A stretch of 64,000 nt of DNA from Microgenomates group bacterium GW2011_GWC1_46_15 (GTDB taxonomy: Bacteria; Patescibacteriota; Microgenomatia; UBA1400; UBA12028), in the NCBI GenBank assembly GCA_001002285.1, contig LCLX01000001.1, positions 192,302 through 256,301 on the forward strand. Reading direction: 5' to 3'. The notes beneath the pieces are model-generated. The model worked only from the letters and a program-made list of their open reading frames with translations, searched no databases and was not told the DNA's origin. A program made the translations under genes and the position numbers. Shown here piece after piece: positions 47,692-56,476 of the stretch (positions within the stretch are counted from its first letter, which is position 1; each line of letters starts with the position of its first letter).

Positions 47692-47712
47692 CGTGTGATT
47701 TTCTGGTACACT
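47685..47712 (+). promoter_or_regulatory. aspS promoter TTGTCA-N16-TGGTACACT (extended -10)
   Basis: TTGTCA 47685-47690; TGGTACACT 47704-47712. The identical 12-mer TCTGGTACACTG recurs before rpoD. Confidence 0.6.
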
Positions 47713-47718
47713 GAAAAA

Positions 47719-47866
47719 AGAATATGTGGCGATGACCCTGCCGACACCAGGTGAGCCAAGCCGCCAGAGGCGGACGGGTAAGCCCGGTATAGCAGGAAAG
47801 AGAAACGACAAGGTGGCACCGTCTTCAGCACGAAGACCCTTTCGCACAAGGGCTCGTGCTTTTTTG
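47719..47866 (+). ncRNA. T-box riboswitch leader (Asp-specific) with terminator
   Basis: GCGAUGA K-turn-like start of Stem I. GAC-A specifier-like triplet. AAGGUGGCACCG at 47809-47821 matches the T-box consensus AGGGUGGNACCG, with N=C as expected for discriminator G73 of tRNA-Asp. Then hairpin AGCACGA...UCGUGCU + U6 (47827-47866) immediately before the aspS RBS. Confidence 0.6.
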
Positions 47867-47893
47867 TAGGCGAATACATACAATGGAGGAACT

Positions 47894-49306
47894 ATGGAGT
47901 ACGGAAACAGAGTATTAATCCAAGAGTCGCTTGTGCAGGTTGGCAAAACGATCACCCTCAAAGGGTGGGTTGCGACAAAGCGTGACCATGGGAAATTGAC
48001 CTTCATTGATTTGCGCGACCGGTCTGGTATTGTGCAGTGCATGGGGTACCAAAAAATGGGTGAACTGACCACGGAGTCGGTGATTGAAGTGACTGGTATT
48101 GTAAAGCAGCGGCCGGCAAACATGGTGAATACGCAGATTGAAACAGGAACGGTTGAAGTTGATGTACAAGAGTATCGCATTCTGAACACCGCAAAAGAAC
48201 TTCCCATCCAAGTTGAGGGTGACGGATATGAAATCAACGAAGAATCTCGGTTGAAGTACCGCTATTTGGATTTGCGGCGTTCCCGCTTGAACTCGATGCT
48301 AAAGTTACGCTCCAAATTTATCCGCGCGTTCCGTGAAGCCCTCTACACTGAGGACTTTGTTGAAGTTGAGACGCCGATGCTCACGAAATCAACCAAAGAA
48401 GGCGCGCGAGATTTCCTGATTCCATCCCGCTTTTATCCAGGAAAGTTCTATGCATTGCCCCAAAGTCCTCAGCAGTATAAACAGTTATTAATGACGGCGG
48501 GCGTTGAACGGTACTTCCAAATGGCGCGGTGTATCCGCGATGAAGACCTTCGGGCAGACCGTGGGTTTGAGTTTACGCAGTTGGACTTGGAGATGAGTTT
48601 TGTTGAACAACACGATGTGATGGCGTTGGTTGAACAGGTGGTGAAGTCTGCAGTAACCGCGGTAGGCGGAAAAATCAAACAAGACCCCTTTCCCGTTTTT
48701 GAGTATGCCGATGTGATGAAGAAGTTTGGCGCGGATAAGTTTGATGTGCGCACGGAAGAAGAAAAAAAGGCGGGAGTACTCGCCTTTGCGTGGGTGGTGA
48801 AGTTTCCGTTCTTTAAGAAAGTAGATAAAAAAGATGCTGCAGAAGTTCGTGATAGCAAGAGTGGGTGGACGTTCACGCATAATCCATTCAGCGCGCCAAT
48901 TCCGGAACACGAAGAGTGGCATGTGAAAGGCGAGCACACTGGCGAAATCATCACCGCGCAGTATGACTTGGTGTGTAATGGGTATGAAGCTGGTGGCGGA
49001 AGCATCCGCGCGCATAAGCCGGAAGTGTTACGTGCGACATTCCGCACGATGGGCTACTCGGATGCCGAGATTGAAGCGAGTGTTGGCCACATGCTCGAAG
49101 CGTTTGAGGTGGGAACGCCTCCGCACGGTGGGATTGCGCTTGGTATTGACCGCTTAGTCATGTTGTTGGCGGGCGAAAACAACTTGAAAGAAACAATTGC
49201 GTTCCCAATGACGTCAACCGGCCGCACCGCGGTGATGGACGCGCCAACAGAAGTGAGTAAAGAGCAGATGAAGGAGTTAGGGATGGAAGTCAAAGAGAAT
49301 AAATAG
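47894..49306 (+). CDS. aspS: aspartate--tRNA ligase (bacterial type, reduced insertion domain)
   Basis: FIDLRDRSG, QSPQQYKQLLM, RCIRDEDLRADRGFEFTQLDLEMSF (motif 2), HNPFSAP, GGGSIR, GIDRLVML (motif 3). Confidence 0.9.
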   Translation: MEYGNRVLIQESLVQVGKTITLKGWVATKRDHGKLTFIDLRDRSGIVQCMGYQKMGELTTESVIEVTGIVKQRPANMVNTQIETGTVEVDVQEYRILNTAKELPIQVEGDGYEINEESRLKYRYLDLRRSRLNSMLKLRSKFIRAFREALYTEDFVEVETPMLTKSTKEGARDFLIPSRFYPGKFYALPQSPQQYKQLLMTAGVERYFQMARCIRDEDLRADRGFEFTQLDLEMSFVEQHDVMALVEQVVKSAVTAVGGKIKQDPFPVFEYADVMKKFGADKFDVRTEEEKKAGVLAFAWVVKFPFFKKVDKKDAAEVRDSKSGWTFTHNPFSAPIPEHEEWHVKGEHTGEIITAQYDLVCNGYEAGGGSIRAHKPEVLRATFRTMGYSDAEIEASVGHMLEAFEVGTPPHGGIALGIDRLVMLLAGENNLKETIAFPMTSTGRTAVMDAPTEVSKEQMKELGMEVKENK

Positions 49307-49311
49307 TTTCG

Positions 49312-49851
49312 TTATCCTTGACTTCTACCTTCTAAATATTGTAAATACGCACCTTTTTGTGCCAGCCAAGATTTAAGAAACTCTTGCACATGCTGCAAAA
49401 CATTACCCAAGGCAAGATTTCCCCTATGTTGTTCGGATAATCCTAGTGTTTTTTGACCTTCGCCATAGTCTATGTTTGCACAAAGAACAGTCGAAGGATA
49501 AGAAAACACTTCCAAGGAGGGTTGTGTGCGGAGATCAGGGAGCTTGATACATACTCTTATCACTCCTAAGTCAGAATTTCTCCAAATAACAGAAGCCTCT
49601 CCACTTTCTACGGAAAAAGGATAACCGTGGTCTTTGAGTTCTTGGAAAAGAGGGAAAAGAATCTCATCAACTCTTCTTTTAATGCCATCAATTTCTCGTT
49701 GAAGGGTATTTTCTTGTAGAATTCTTTGATCCCTCGTTTCCCCAGCTTGAGTTAAAGCTTTAATCGCCTTGTTTCTCCCTCGTCGAAGCGTTTCTCCAAT
49801 CCATGCCATAGCTCCTCCTTTATAGAATACGGACAGTATACGAAAAAGCAC
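49312..49851 (-). CDS. hypothetical protein
   Basis: 179-aa ORF convergent with aspS; no domain recognised. Confidence 0.4.
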   Translation of the reverse strand: MLFRILSVFYKGGAMAWIGETLRRGRNKAIKALTQAGETRDQRILQENTLQREIDGIKRRVDEILFPLFQELKDHGYPFSVESGEASVIWRNSDLGVIRVCIKLPDLRTQPSLEVFSYPSTVLCANIDYGEGQKTLGLSEQHRGNLALGNVLQHVQEFLKSWLAQKGAYLQYLEGRSQG

Positions 49852-49913
49852 GTATTTGTCAAGATAAATTAAGAATTCATGCGGAGGTTCATTATTTTTG
49901 TCATAATATCCCC

Positions 49914-50843
49914 ATGTCTTCCCGCATCAAACTTACCCTCATTCTTTTCCTTATCCTTCTTTTGGTTCAACCCGGGTCAAACGCAATTCAGCAACTTAAT
50001 CTTCACCGCGGCACTCCTGTCATCCGCGAAACGTCATTAGTTATTCCAACCTCTGCTGTAGTTCCAGTCTCCAAAAACCGGCTCAACATACCACGGCTTT
50101 CGGCGTATGCGGCAATCGTGATTGATAAAGAGTCTGGATCGATTTTGTACTCCAAAAATCCTGACACACAACTTTTTCCTGCTTCGATCACAAAACTCAT
50201 GACCGCCGTTGTTGCGCTCGATACGTTTCAATTGGATAAAGTTGTTACGATCACAAAAGAGAGTCAGGCGGTGGGAAGCACGATGAAGTTGCAGGCAAAC
50301 GAAAAAATTTCAGTAGAAAACTTGCTGAAAGGCTTGTTAATTTCCAGTGGGAATGATGCGGCATACGCGCTGGCTGAGGCATACTCCGGCGGGTATGAAA
50401 AGTTTGTGGAAGCGATGAATACTAAGGCACAAGCGCTTCATATGGAACGCACAACATACAAAAACGTTTCTGGCGTTGAGCAGGATGGTCACGTAACAAC
50501 GGTGCGTGATATCGCGACACTTGCAAAAGTTGCAATGACGTATCCGTTTGTCCGCGATACGGTCAAACTTGAAAAAGCAGTTGTGACTGATACAACAAAC
50601 CAAATCACACATGAGCTTCAATCAACAGATAAACTGCTTGGGAAAGTTGTTGGTTTAGAAGGGATTAAAACAGGATGGACGACACAGGCCGGTGAGTGTT
50701 TAGTGGCACAGGTTACACGTAATGGGCACACGATTATTAGTGTGGTGCTCAAAAGCGACGATCGATTTGGAGAAACAGAATACTTAATCGAATGGGCGTT
50801 TAGTAACTACACATGGAAAACATTTCAGTTTGAAGAAAAGTAG
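49914..50843 (+). CDS. D-alanyl-D-alanine carboxypeptidase (S11, PBP5/6-like)
   Basis: Signal peptide; SxxK (ASITKLMT), SxN (SSGNDAA), KTG (KTGWT) motifs. Confidence 0.75.
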   Translation: MSSRIKLTLILFLILLLVQPGSNAIQQLNLHRGTPVIRETSLVIPTSAVVPVSKNRLNIPRLSAYAAIVIDKESGSILYSKNPDTQLFPASITKLMTAVVALDTFQLDKVVTITKESQAVGSTMKLQANEKISVENLLKGLLISSGNDAAYALAEAYSGGYEKFVEAMNTKAQALHMERTTYKNVSGVEQDGHVTTVRDIATLAKVAMTYPFVRDTVKLEKAVVTDTTNQITHELQSTDKLLGKVVGLEGIKTGWTTQAGECLVAQVTRNGHTIISVVLKSDDRFGETEYLIEWAFSNYTWKTFQFEEK

Positions 50844-50857
50844 AGAAAATCGAAGAA

Positions 50858-51940
50858 CTATTTTTTTCCCGTCGAACTTTGTTGAGCCACCGCGGGAACG
50901 TACGCAAAAAAGTTGTTATCTCCGGTAAACACATAGATCGGTTGGAGATAATTTTGCGGTGTATCAGAGTCATAGTATGCCAACGCAACATTCCGCACCA
51001 CAGCGCTTGTAACATTTTGGTCAACATACGCGACATATCCTTTGCCCGCTTGCAGTTGTTTCCACGCTTCTAACGTAGAAACAAGGCCGTACGTTTCGGC
51101 TCGGTCATACTCAACAGAGAAATGCATAAACTCCATTTCAACAACGCTCAAATCTTTTTCTTCACTTCCGGAAAAAATCATCCGCGCACTCCCTTTAGAC
51201 GGATCTGGACGGAATACAGGATATCTCAGTCCAAGCGCTGTGCGGAAAAGATCAACTTGGACGAAGTCGGCTTCAGAAAAACTTACCGCGGGAGTGTATG
51301 AAGAACCGGAACTTTTGAGAAGTGTTATCCGTGCTTCTCCCGTCGCCATGTCGTCGGGAAGAAGGCTTGCGTCACGCAGAATCCCACGCGCGCGGTTTGC
51401 AACCTCGCTTTGTGTGGGAAGTTTCCGGTTGTTCGTTAAAAAGTTTGGATCGGTGGACCAATCCGTTCTCATCGTAAAATTCTGTGAAACAATATCCATC
51501 TCAAGCGTTGAGGTCAGCGGCGTTGTACGTTTCCAGCGGTACACTGTTTCCGAGACTTGCTCTGGTGGGAACTCAAAACCAAGATCACCCGCAACCTGTT
51601 TTGCATTGTCCGAAGAGAACAAACTCGCCCGGCCAACGGGAATGAAATAAACCGGCAGTTGGTTGGCAAGCATAGGAAGCGATCCATCTTTTGTTTGGAG
51701 TGTATATGTTTTTATCTGGAACGGCGATTGAGGAAACGTTAATGATGGGAGGGTGCCAAAGCCATACGTTGGTTCCGGTGGTTTGGGTGGATTCAGCAAG
51801 CGATATAACGAAAAACTCATGTTTAAAATCACCCGGCCAATGATAAAAAAAGCAAGAAGAAACGCGCCATACTTAATCGCGTTGCGCGCGATAAACGCAA
51901 CGTTGCTCAAACTTGCCTGAGGAACCTCGGTTGGAGTCAT
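50858..51940 (-). CDS. hypothetical membrane-anchored secreted protein
   Basis: Start trimmed to an internal Met (MTPTEV) to remove the overlap with gltX; TM helix near the N-terminus; no domain recognised. Confidence 0.4.
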   Translation of the reverse strand: MTPTEVPQASLSNVAFIARNAIKYGAFLLAFFIIGRVILNMSFSLYRLLNPPKPPEPTYGFGTLPSLTFPQSPFQIKTYTLQTKDGSLPMLANQLPVYFIPVGRASLFSSDNAKQVAGDLGFEFPPEQVSETVYRWKRTTPLTSTLEMDIVSQNFTMRTDWSTDPNFLTNNRKLPTQSEVANRARGILRDASLLPDDMATGEARITLLKSSGSSYTPAVSFSEADFVQVDLFRTALGLRYPVFRPDPSKGSARMIFSGSEEKDLSVVEMEFMHFSVEYDRAETYGLVSTLEAWKQLQAGKGYVAYVDQNVTSAVVRNVALAYYDSDTPQNYLQPIYVFTGDNNFFAYVPAVAQQSSTGKK

Positions 51941-52007
51941 ACAGCCATCATAGCAAATCATAGAGAGGTTGCGATATAATCGCACTAGAACAAATCTAGA
52001 GAAAATT

Positions 52008-53456
52008 ATGACAGCCACATCAAAAACCAAAACCGTCCGTACCCGCATCGCCCCTTCCCCGACGGGTCTTGCCCATGTTGCTACGGGATATATTGCGCTG
52101 TTTAACTACGCGTTTGCACATCAACATGGCGGCCAATTTATCATCCGCATCGAGGATACCGACCGCGCGCGGTTTGTTGAAGGTGCTGAACAGGTTATCT
52201 ATGACTCACTGAAGTGGTTGGGAATTCCACACGCTGAAGGGGTAGATATTGGTGGACCGTACGCGCCGTATAAGCAGTCCGAGCGGTTGGATATCTATAA
52301 AAAGTATGCCGAAGAGTTAATTAAAAAAGGTCACGCATACTACTGTTTTTGCACATCAGCGGAATTGGAAACGATGCGTAATGCCCAGCAAAAAGCGGGG
52401 AAACTCCCCATGTACGATGGCCGGTGCAAGCAGTTGGATCCCAAGGTTGCACAAGAGCGCGCGCAAAAAGAAAAGCATGTGATCCGCCTTCATATGCCAG
52501 ACGAAGGGAAAACCGAGTGGGAGGACTTAATCCGCGGACACATCGAGTTTGAGAACGCGCTTGTTGATGACCAAGTATTGATAAAGTCCGACGGCTTCCC
52601 CACATACCATCTCGCGGTGGTGGTTGATGACTACTTGATGAAGATTACCCATGTGATGCGTGGTGAGGAATGGATCAGTTCAACACCAAAACATATTGCG
52701 TTGTACACCATGTTTGGATGGGAGATTCCGCAGTTTGCGCACATGCCGTTACTGCGCAACCCAGACCACAGCAAGCTTTCCAAACGCAAGAACGATGTAT
52801 CGTTGATCAGTTATATGAAAAAGGGATACTTACCCGAAGCGCTTGTGAACTTTTTGTGTCTGTTGGGATGGTCGCACCCCGAACACGAAGAAGTATTTGA
52901 CCTGCAAAACTTTTTGAAACACTACGCGATTGACCGTATGCAAAAAACAGCTCCGGTCTTTGATTTTAATAAACTCAACTGGATGAATGGCCTATACATT
53001 CGGGAAAAGCTCAGCGCTGCGGAGTTAAAGAAGCGGTTGGAACCATTTTTGCCAAGTGATTTCCCCAAAAAGAAGTTTGACACGATTCTCCCACTTATCC
53101 GTGATCGTCTTGTTTTATTAGCGGATGTTGAATCATTAACAGATTTCTTTTACCGCGACATTGTCGTGGATAAAAAAGCACTTCAATTTAAAAAAGCAGA
53201 CGATGCCCTCATCGCGCAACAATTACTTTCATCAATTGAAGCGCTTAAAAAGACCGACTGGACACTTCAGTCAATTGAAGCGGTACTCCGCAGTCTTCAG
53301 GAAAAAAACGACTGGAATAAAGGTCAATACTTTATGTTACTCCGTATTGTGGTCACCGGAAAAACCGCAACCCCACCGCTTTTTGAAACAATAGAGGTGC
53401 TAGGGAAAGAAAAAACATTCCAAAGACTCGAGAAAGCCCGCTCACTTTTCGCCTAA
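52008..53456 (+). CDS. gltX: glutamate--tRNA ligase
   Basis: RIAPSPTGLAHVATGYIALFNYAFA (HIGH-region equivalent) and KLSKRK (KMSKS). Start at the ATG of MTATSKTKTV; the track start is an upstream TTG. Confidence 0.85.
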   Translation: MTATSKTKTVRTRIAPSPTGLAHVATGYIALFNYAFAHQHGGQFIIRIEDTDRARFVEGAEQVIYDSLKWLGIPHAEGVDIGGPYAPYKQSERLDIYKKYAEELIKKGHAYYCFCTSAELETMRNAQQKAGKLPMYDGRCKQLDPKVAQERAQKEKHVIRLHMPDEGKTEWEDLIRGHIEFENALVDDQVLIKSDGFPTYHLAVVVDDYLMKITHVMRGEEWISSTPKHIALYTMFGWEIPQFAHMPLLRNPDHSKLSKRKNDVSLISYMKKGYLPEALVNFLCLLGWSHPEHEEVFDLQNFLKHYAIDRMQKTAPVFDFNKLNWMNGLYIREKLSAAELKKRLEPFLPSDFPKKKFDTILPLIRDRLVLLADVESLTDFFYRDIVVDKKALQFKKADDALIAQQLLSSIEALKKTDWTLQSIEAVLRSLQEKNDWNKGQYFMLLRIVVTGKTATPPLFETIEVLGKEKTFQRLEKARSLFA

Positions 53457-53483
53457 AAATCTGGTAAAATTCTCCTGTATTGA

Positions 53484-53554
53484 TGCCCGGTCATCTAATG
53501 GTAGGATGCGACACTCTGAATGTCGTCATTGTGGTTCGAGTCCACGCCGGGCAA
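53484..53554 (+). tRNA. tRNA-Gln: tRNA-Gln (anticodon CUG), boundaries approximate
   Basis: Acceptor TGCCCGG/CCGGGCA, D-arm ATCT..GGAT, anticodon arm CGACA-CUCUGAA-UGUCG, T-arm TGTGG-TTCGAGT-CCACG. Hand fold; exact ends uncertain. Confidence 0.55.
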
Positions 53555-53594
53555 CATCTTGTACTGCTTGAGTGAATAGTGCCATAATAAGAGT

Positions 53595-54242
53595 ATGCGG
53601 TTTCGCCTGCGGGGTCTCTTCATCGGTTGTGGAGTAACAACGGTTGCACTGTTTGCATATCTCTTTTTCCTCGCGTATACACAAAATCAAACCATTACAG
53701 AACTCAAACAAACAACAGAGTACCTTTCTTCTAAACTTCAACAAGGTTCACAGCAAGCATTACCACAACAACTCGCCTGTTCTGGAGCATGTATTGATGT
53801 GATTCAATCAGCAACGGCGTCGTTATCGCTCAAAACATCTACAAAAGCGCAATCTTCGACGCCAAAAACAACTTCGGGAGTAAAGGAATACTATATTCCG
53901 TTTGGCACAGGCTTCACGCAAAACAATAAATGGGAAGACGTTTCTGGCACCGATACAATGATCGATCCAGCCAACTATGGCACCATTGTAAGTGTTATTT
54001 TTGAGGCAGGCATGCGCATTCCTGTTGCGAATGGAACGATGTATGCCAGGCTCTACAATAAAACCGACGATCATCCGGTTTGGCTTACTGAAGTTTCCAC
54101 AAGCGCCGGCGTAAGCACAATGGTGAAGTCGCAACCCATTACTTTGGATGCGGGAAACAAACTTTACCGTGTGCAGATCAGCACGTCTTTGCAGTATCCG
54201 TCATACTTGGACTTCGCACGCCTCCATATTACGGTAAAATAA
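53595..54242 (+). CDS. hypothetical secreted protein
   Basis: N-terminal TM/signal; beta-rich; no domain recognised. Confidence 0.4.
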   Translation: MRFRLRGLFIGCGVTTVALFAYLFFLAYTQNQTITELKQTTEYLSSKLQQGSQQALPQQLACSGACIDVIQSATASLSLKTSTKAQSSTPKTTSGVKEYYIPFGTGFTQNNKWEDVSGTDTMIDPANYGTIVSVIFEAGMRIPVANGTMYARLYNKTDDHPVWLTEVSTSAGVSTMVKSQPITLDAGNKLYRVQISTSLQYPSYLDFARLHITVK

Positions 54243-54283
54243 TCATTTGCATTCTCCCCTGTTATCCGTTACGCTAGCACCAC

Positions 54284-55180
54284 ATGAAAAAACATATGTT
54301 CACTCTAAAAAACACAACAACAGCAAGTCTTTTTCTTGGAATCCTTCTTACTTCTTTTACCATTGTTGCCGCAAAAACTCCGGTGATGACGAAATACACA
54401 GCTGGAGTGGTATTGGGTGATGAGTTCGAACAAAAGACAGAAAAAACCAATGAAGAAACAAAAAAATCGGAAGAGCGCTCACGAGAACAGCAAAAACAAG
54501 AAACTTCATCAGGTACATCGAATACATCGGTGAATGTTCAGCGGGAAGGAACAAAACAGGAGCTTGAAATTCAAACAGGCAACCGGAAAGTGAAAACAAA
54601 AGCTGAGGACAATGGAAAATTCAAACTTGAAATCGAAAATCCAGATGTGAAACTCAAATATGAAGTCAAAGATGGAGAGTTATTATTAAAAACTGAAGAC
54701 AAAAAAGGAAATGAGAAAGAAGCAAGCGAACAAGAAAAAGAGGAAACGGAGGGTCTTTTTGAGCAGGAAGACATTGAAGTTGCATCGAAGGAGGGAGAGA
54801 TTGAGTTTGAACACAAAGGAGTTCGCACGCGGACAAACTTCCCACTTTCGATTGATCCCACAACAAACGGACTTGTTGTAACAACGCCAGCCGGACAGAA
54901 AACTGTCACCACTTTGCCTGACGTTGCTGTTCAGAACATGCTTTCCCAAGGAGTTCTCACGACTATTGTGAGCGAATCTGTGCAAACTTCTCCCGTTCAA
55001 CTCGAAACGTTTGAGGGTGAACTGGCGTATCGCATAGAAGGAGAAAAAGAAATACGTGTACTCGGCTTCATTCCTGTAATGGTGCAAACAACAGCGTATG
55101 TTTCTCCGGACGATGGTCAAATCGTTGCTCAACGGCGGTCGCTTCTCTCAAATATCTTGAACTTTATTTCAACGAAGTAA
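54284..55180 (+). CDS. hypothetical secreted protein with Lys/Glu-rich repetitive region
   Basis: Signal peptide; long K/E-rich low-complexity segment (EETKKSEERSREQQKQE...). Confidence 0.4.
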   Translation: MKKHMFTLKNTTTASLFLGILLTSFTIVAAKTPVMTKYTAGVVLGDEFEQKTEKTNEETKKSEERSREQQKQETSSGTSNTSVNVQREGTKQELEIQTGNRKVKTKAEDNGKFKLEIENPDVKLKYEVKDGELLLKTEDKKGNEKEASEQEKEETEGLFEQEDIEVASKEGEIEFEHKGVRTRTNFPLSIDPTTNGLVVTTPAGQKTVTTLPDVAVQNMLSQGVLTTIVSESVQTSPVQLETFEGELAYRIEGEKEIRVLGFIPVMVQTTAYVSPDDGQIVAQRRSLLSNILNFISTK

Positions 55181-55216
55181 TCCACACGGAAGACTTCTCT
55201 GTGTTACCATATCCCT

Positions 55217-56068
55217 ATGTCTTGGCAGATACTCATGTTTATCAGTGTTGTAACATATGCTTTCTCCATTCTCCTTCAACGTATCCTTCTTAAAGAAGAC
55301 ACAAGTGATCCAAAAGCATTTTCTGTTCTTTTCACAACAATAACGGGGTTGTTCATCGGTATGTTTGGATTTGCGACGATGGATATGCGCCTTCCGGCTT
55401 TGGGTTCCATCATCCCGAATTTTTTATTGATGATTGTTTTATACACGATGGGCAATTTTATGTTTTCGACTGCGCTCAAACATTTAGAAGCCTCGTTTGT
55501 CACGATTTTATTTTCTAGTAAAGTACTTTTTAGTGTTTTTGCATCAACGATCTTTTTACATGAAGGATTACAGGGCAAGCAATTTATAGGAACTTTTCTT
55601 ATTCTCTTGAGTATTGTGTTGGTCAATTTAAAATCAACAAAAATATCTTTTGGAAAGTATGCATGGATCACAATACTCGCAGCACTCTTTTTTGGTGTGC
55701 AAACAACAAATGACAGATATTTACTCCAGACGTTTTCTCTTTATCCATACGTAACATTAGCGTTTTTGCTTCCAACAGTTCTTCTAGCACTCACCGACCG
55801 GCACATTGTGAAGCACATGCAACCGCTTTTGCAGAAAAACACAGCGTGGAAATTAATTCTATCATGCGCAATTTATGCGCTTTCTGCGATCACTTTTTTT
55901 GCCGCACTCCAAATTGCACCAAACTCTTCACAGGTTGCCTCAATGAATGCGTCGAGTGTCATGCTGATCGTCATTCTTGGGATGATCATATTGAAGGAAC
56001 GCGGCGATATGGTGAAAAAAATAATTGGTGCGGTGCTAAGTACGATTGGATTGTTGTTGGTGGTATAA
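55217..56068 (+). CDS. DMT-superfamily (EamA-like) transporter
   Basis: 10 predicted TM helices in two 5-helix halves; 283 aa. Confidence 0.55.
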   Translation: MSWQILMFISVVTYAFSILLQRILLKEDTSDPKAFSVLFTTITGLFIGMFGFATMDMRLPALGSIIPNFLLMIVLYTMGNFMFSTALKHLEASFVTILFSSKVLFSVFASTIFLHEGLQGKQFIGTFLILLSIVLVNLKSTKISFGKYAWITILAALFFGVQTTNDRYLLQTFSLYPYVTLAFLLPTVLLALTDRHIVKHMQPLLQKNTAWKLILSCAIYALSAITFFAALQIAPNSSQVASMNASSVMLIVILGMIILKERGDMVKKIIGAVLSTIGLLLVV

Positions 56069-56476
56069 AACACGGTTTAGTCGTAGTAAAATGATGCGAA
56101 AGGAGAGGAGAAAATATGTCACTAAGAGAAATGGAATGAGTTATTGGACAAGCTATTATTAGTGATGCACTCAGGAGAGGGCTTCTTGGTCATCGTCGTG
56201 CCGAATTATTAAAAAGTTTTAATTTCTCAGAAAAAGAACGGGAGTTTTTGCTGAAAATTCAAGCAGACACGTTTGTGGAGTTTGCACAAGCCGTCACTGA
56301 TTATATTAGTAGTCATCCGGAAGAGAAACTTCCTCCAGCTGCAACAAGATAACTTACAGCCCATACCCACTCAACTGCGCGTTTCCAATCCGGATTCTTG
56401 GTGAGTGAAAGAATCATCATGAAGAGCAACAGCCTGAAAAATCTCTCCCGAATATAACTCGAAGATTTGATATACT

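Noticed and set aside
47581-48237. 218-aa minus-strand ORF spanning the T-box leader and aspS 5' region
   Set aside because: Overlaps the promoter, the T-box/terminator structure and the well-supported aspS; no RBS; Cys/Ser/Thr-rich shadow-frame composition.
56116-56351. Genome-wide UGA recoding (code 25, as in Gracilibacteria/SR1) as the explanation for the in-frame TGA
   Set aside because: At least two confident genes (UbiA-family 16897..17826 and lactate/malate dehydrogenase 34789..35712) terminate with TGA exactly at their expected C-termini, so UGA is a stop here. Local pseudogenisation or readthrough remains possible.
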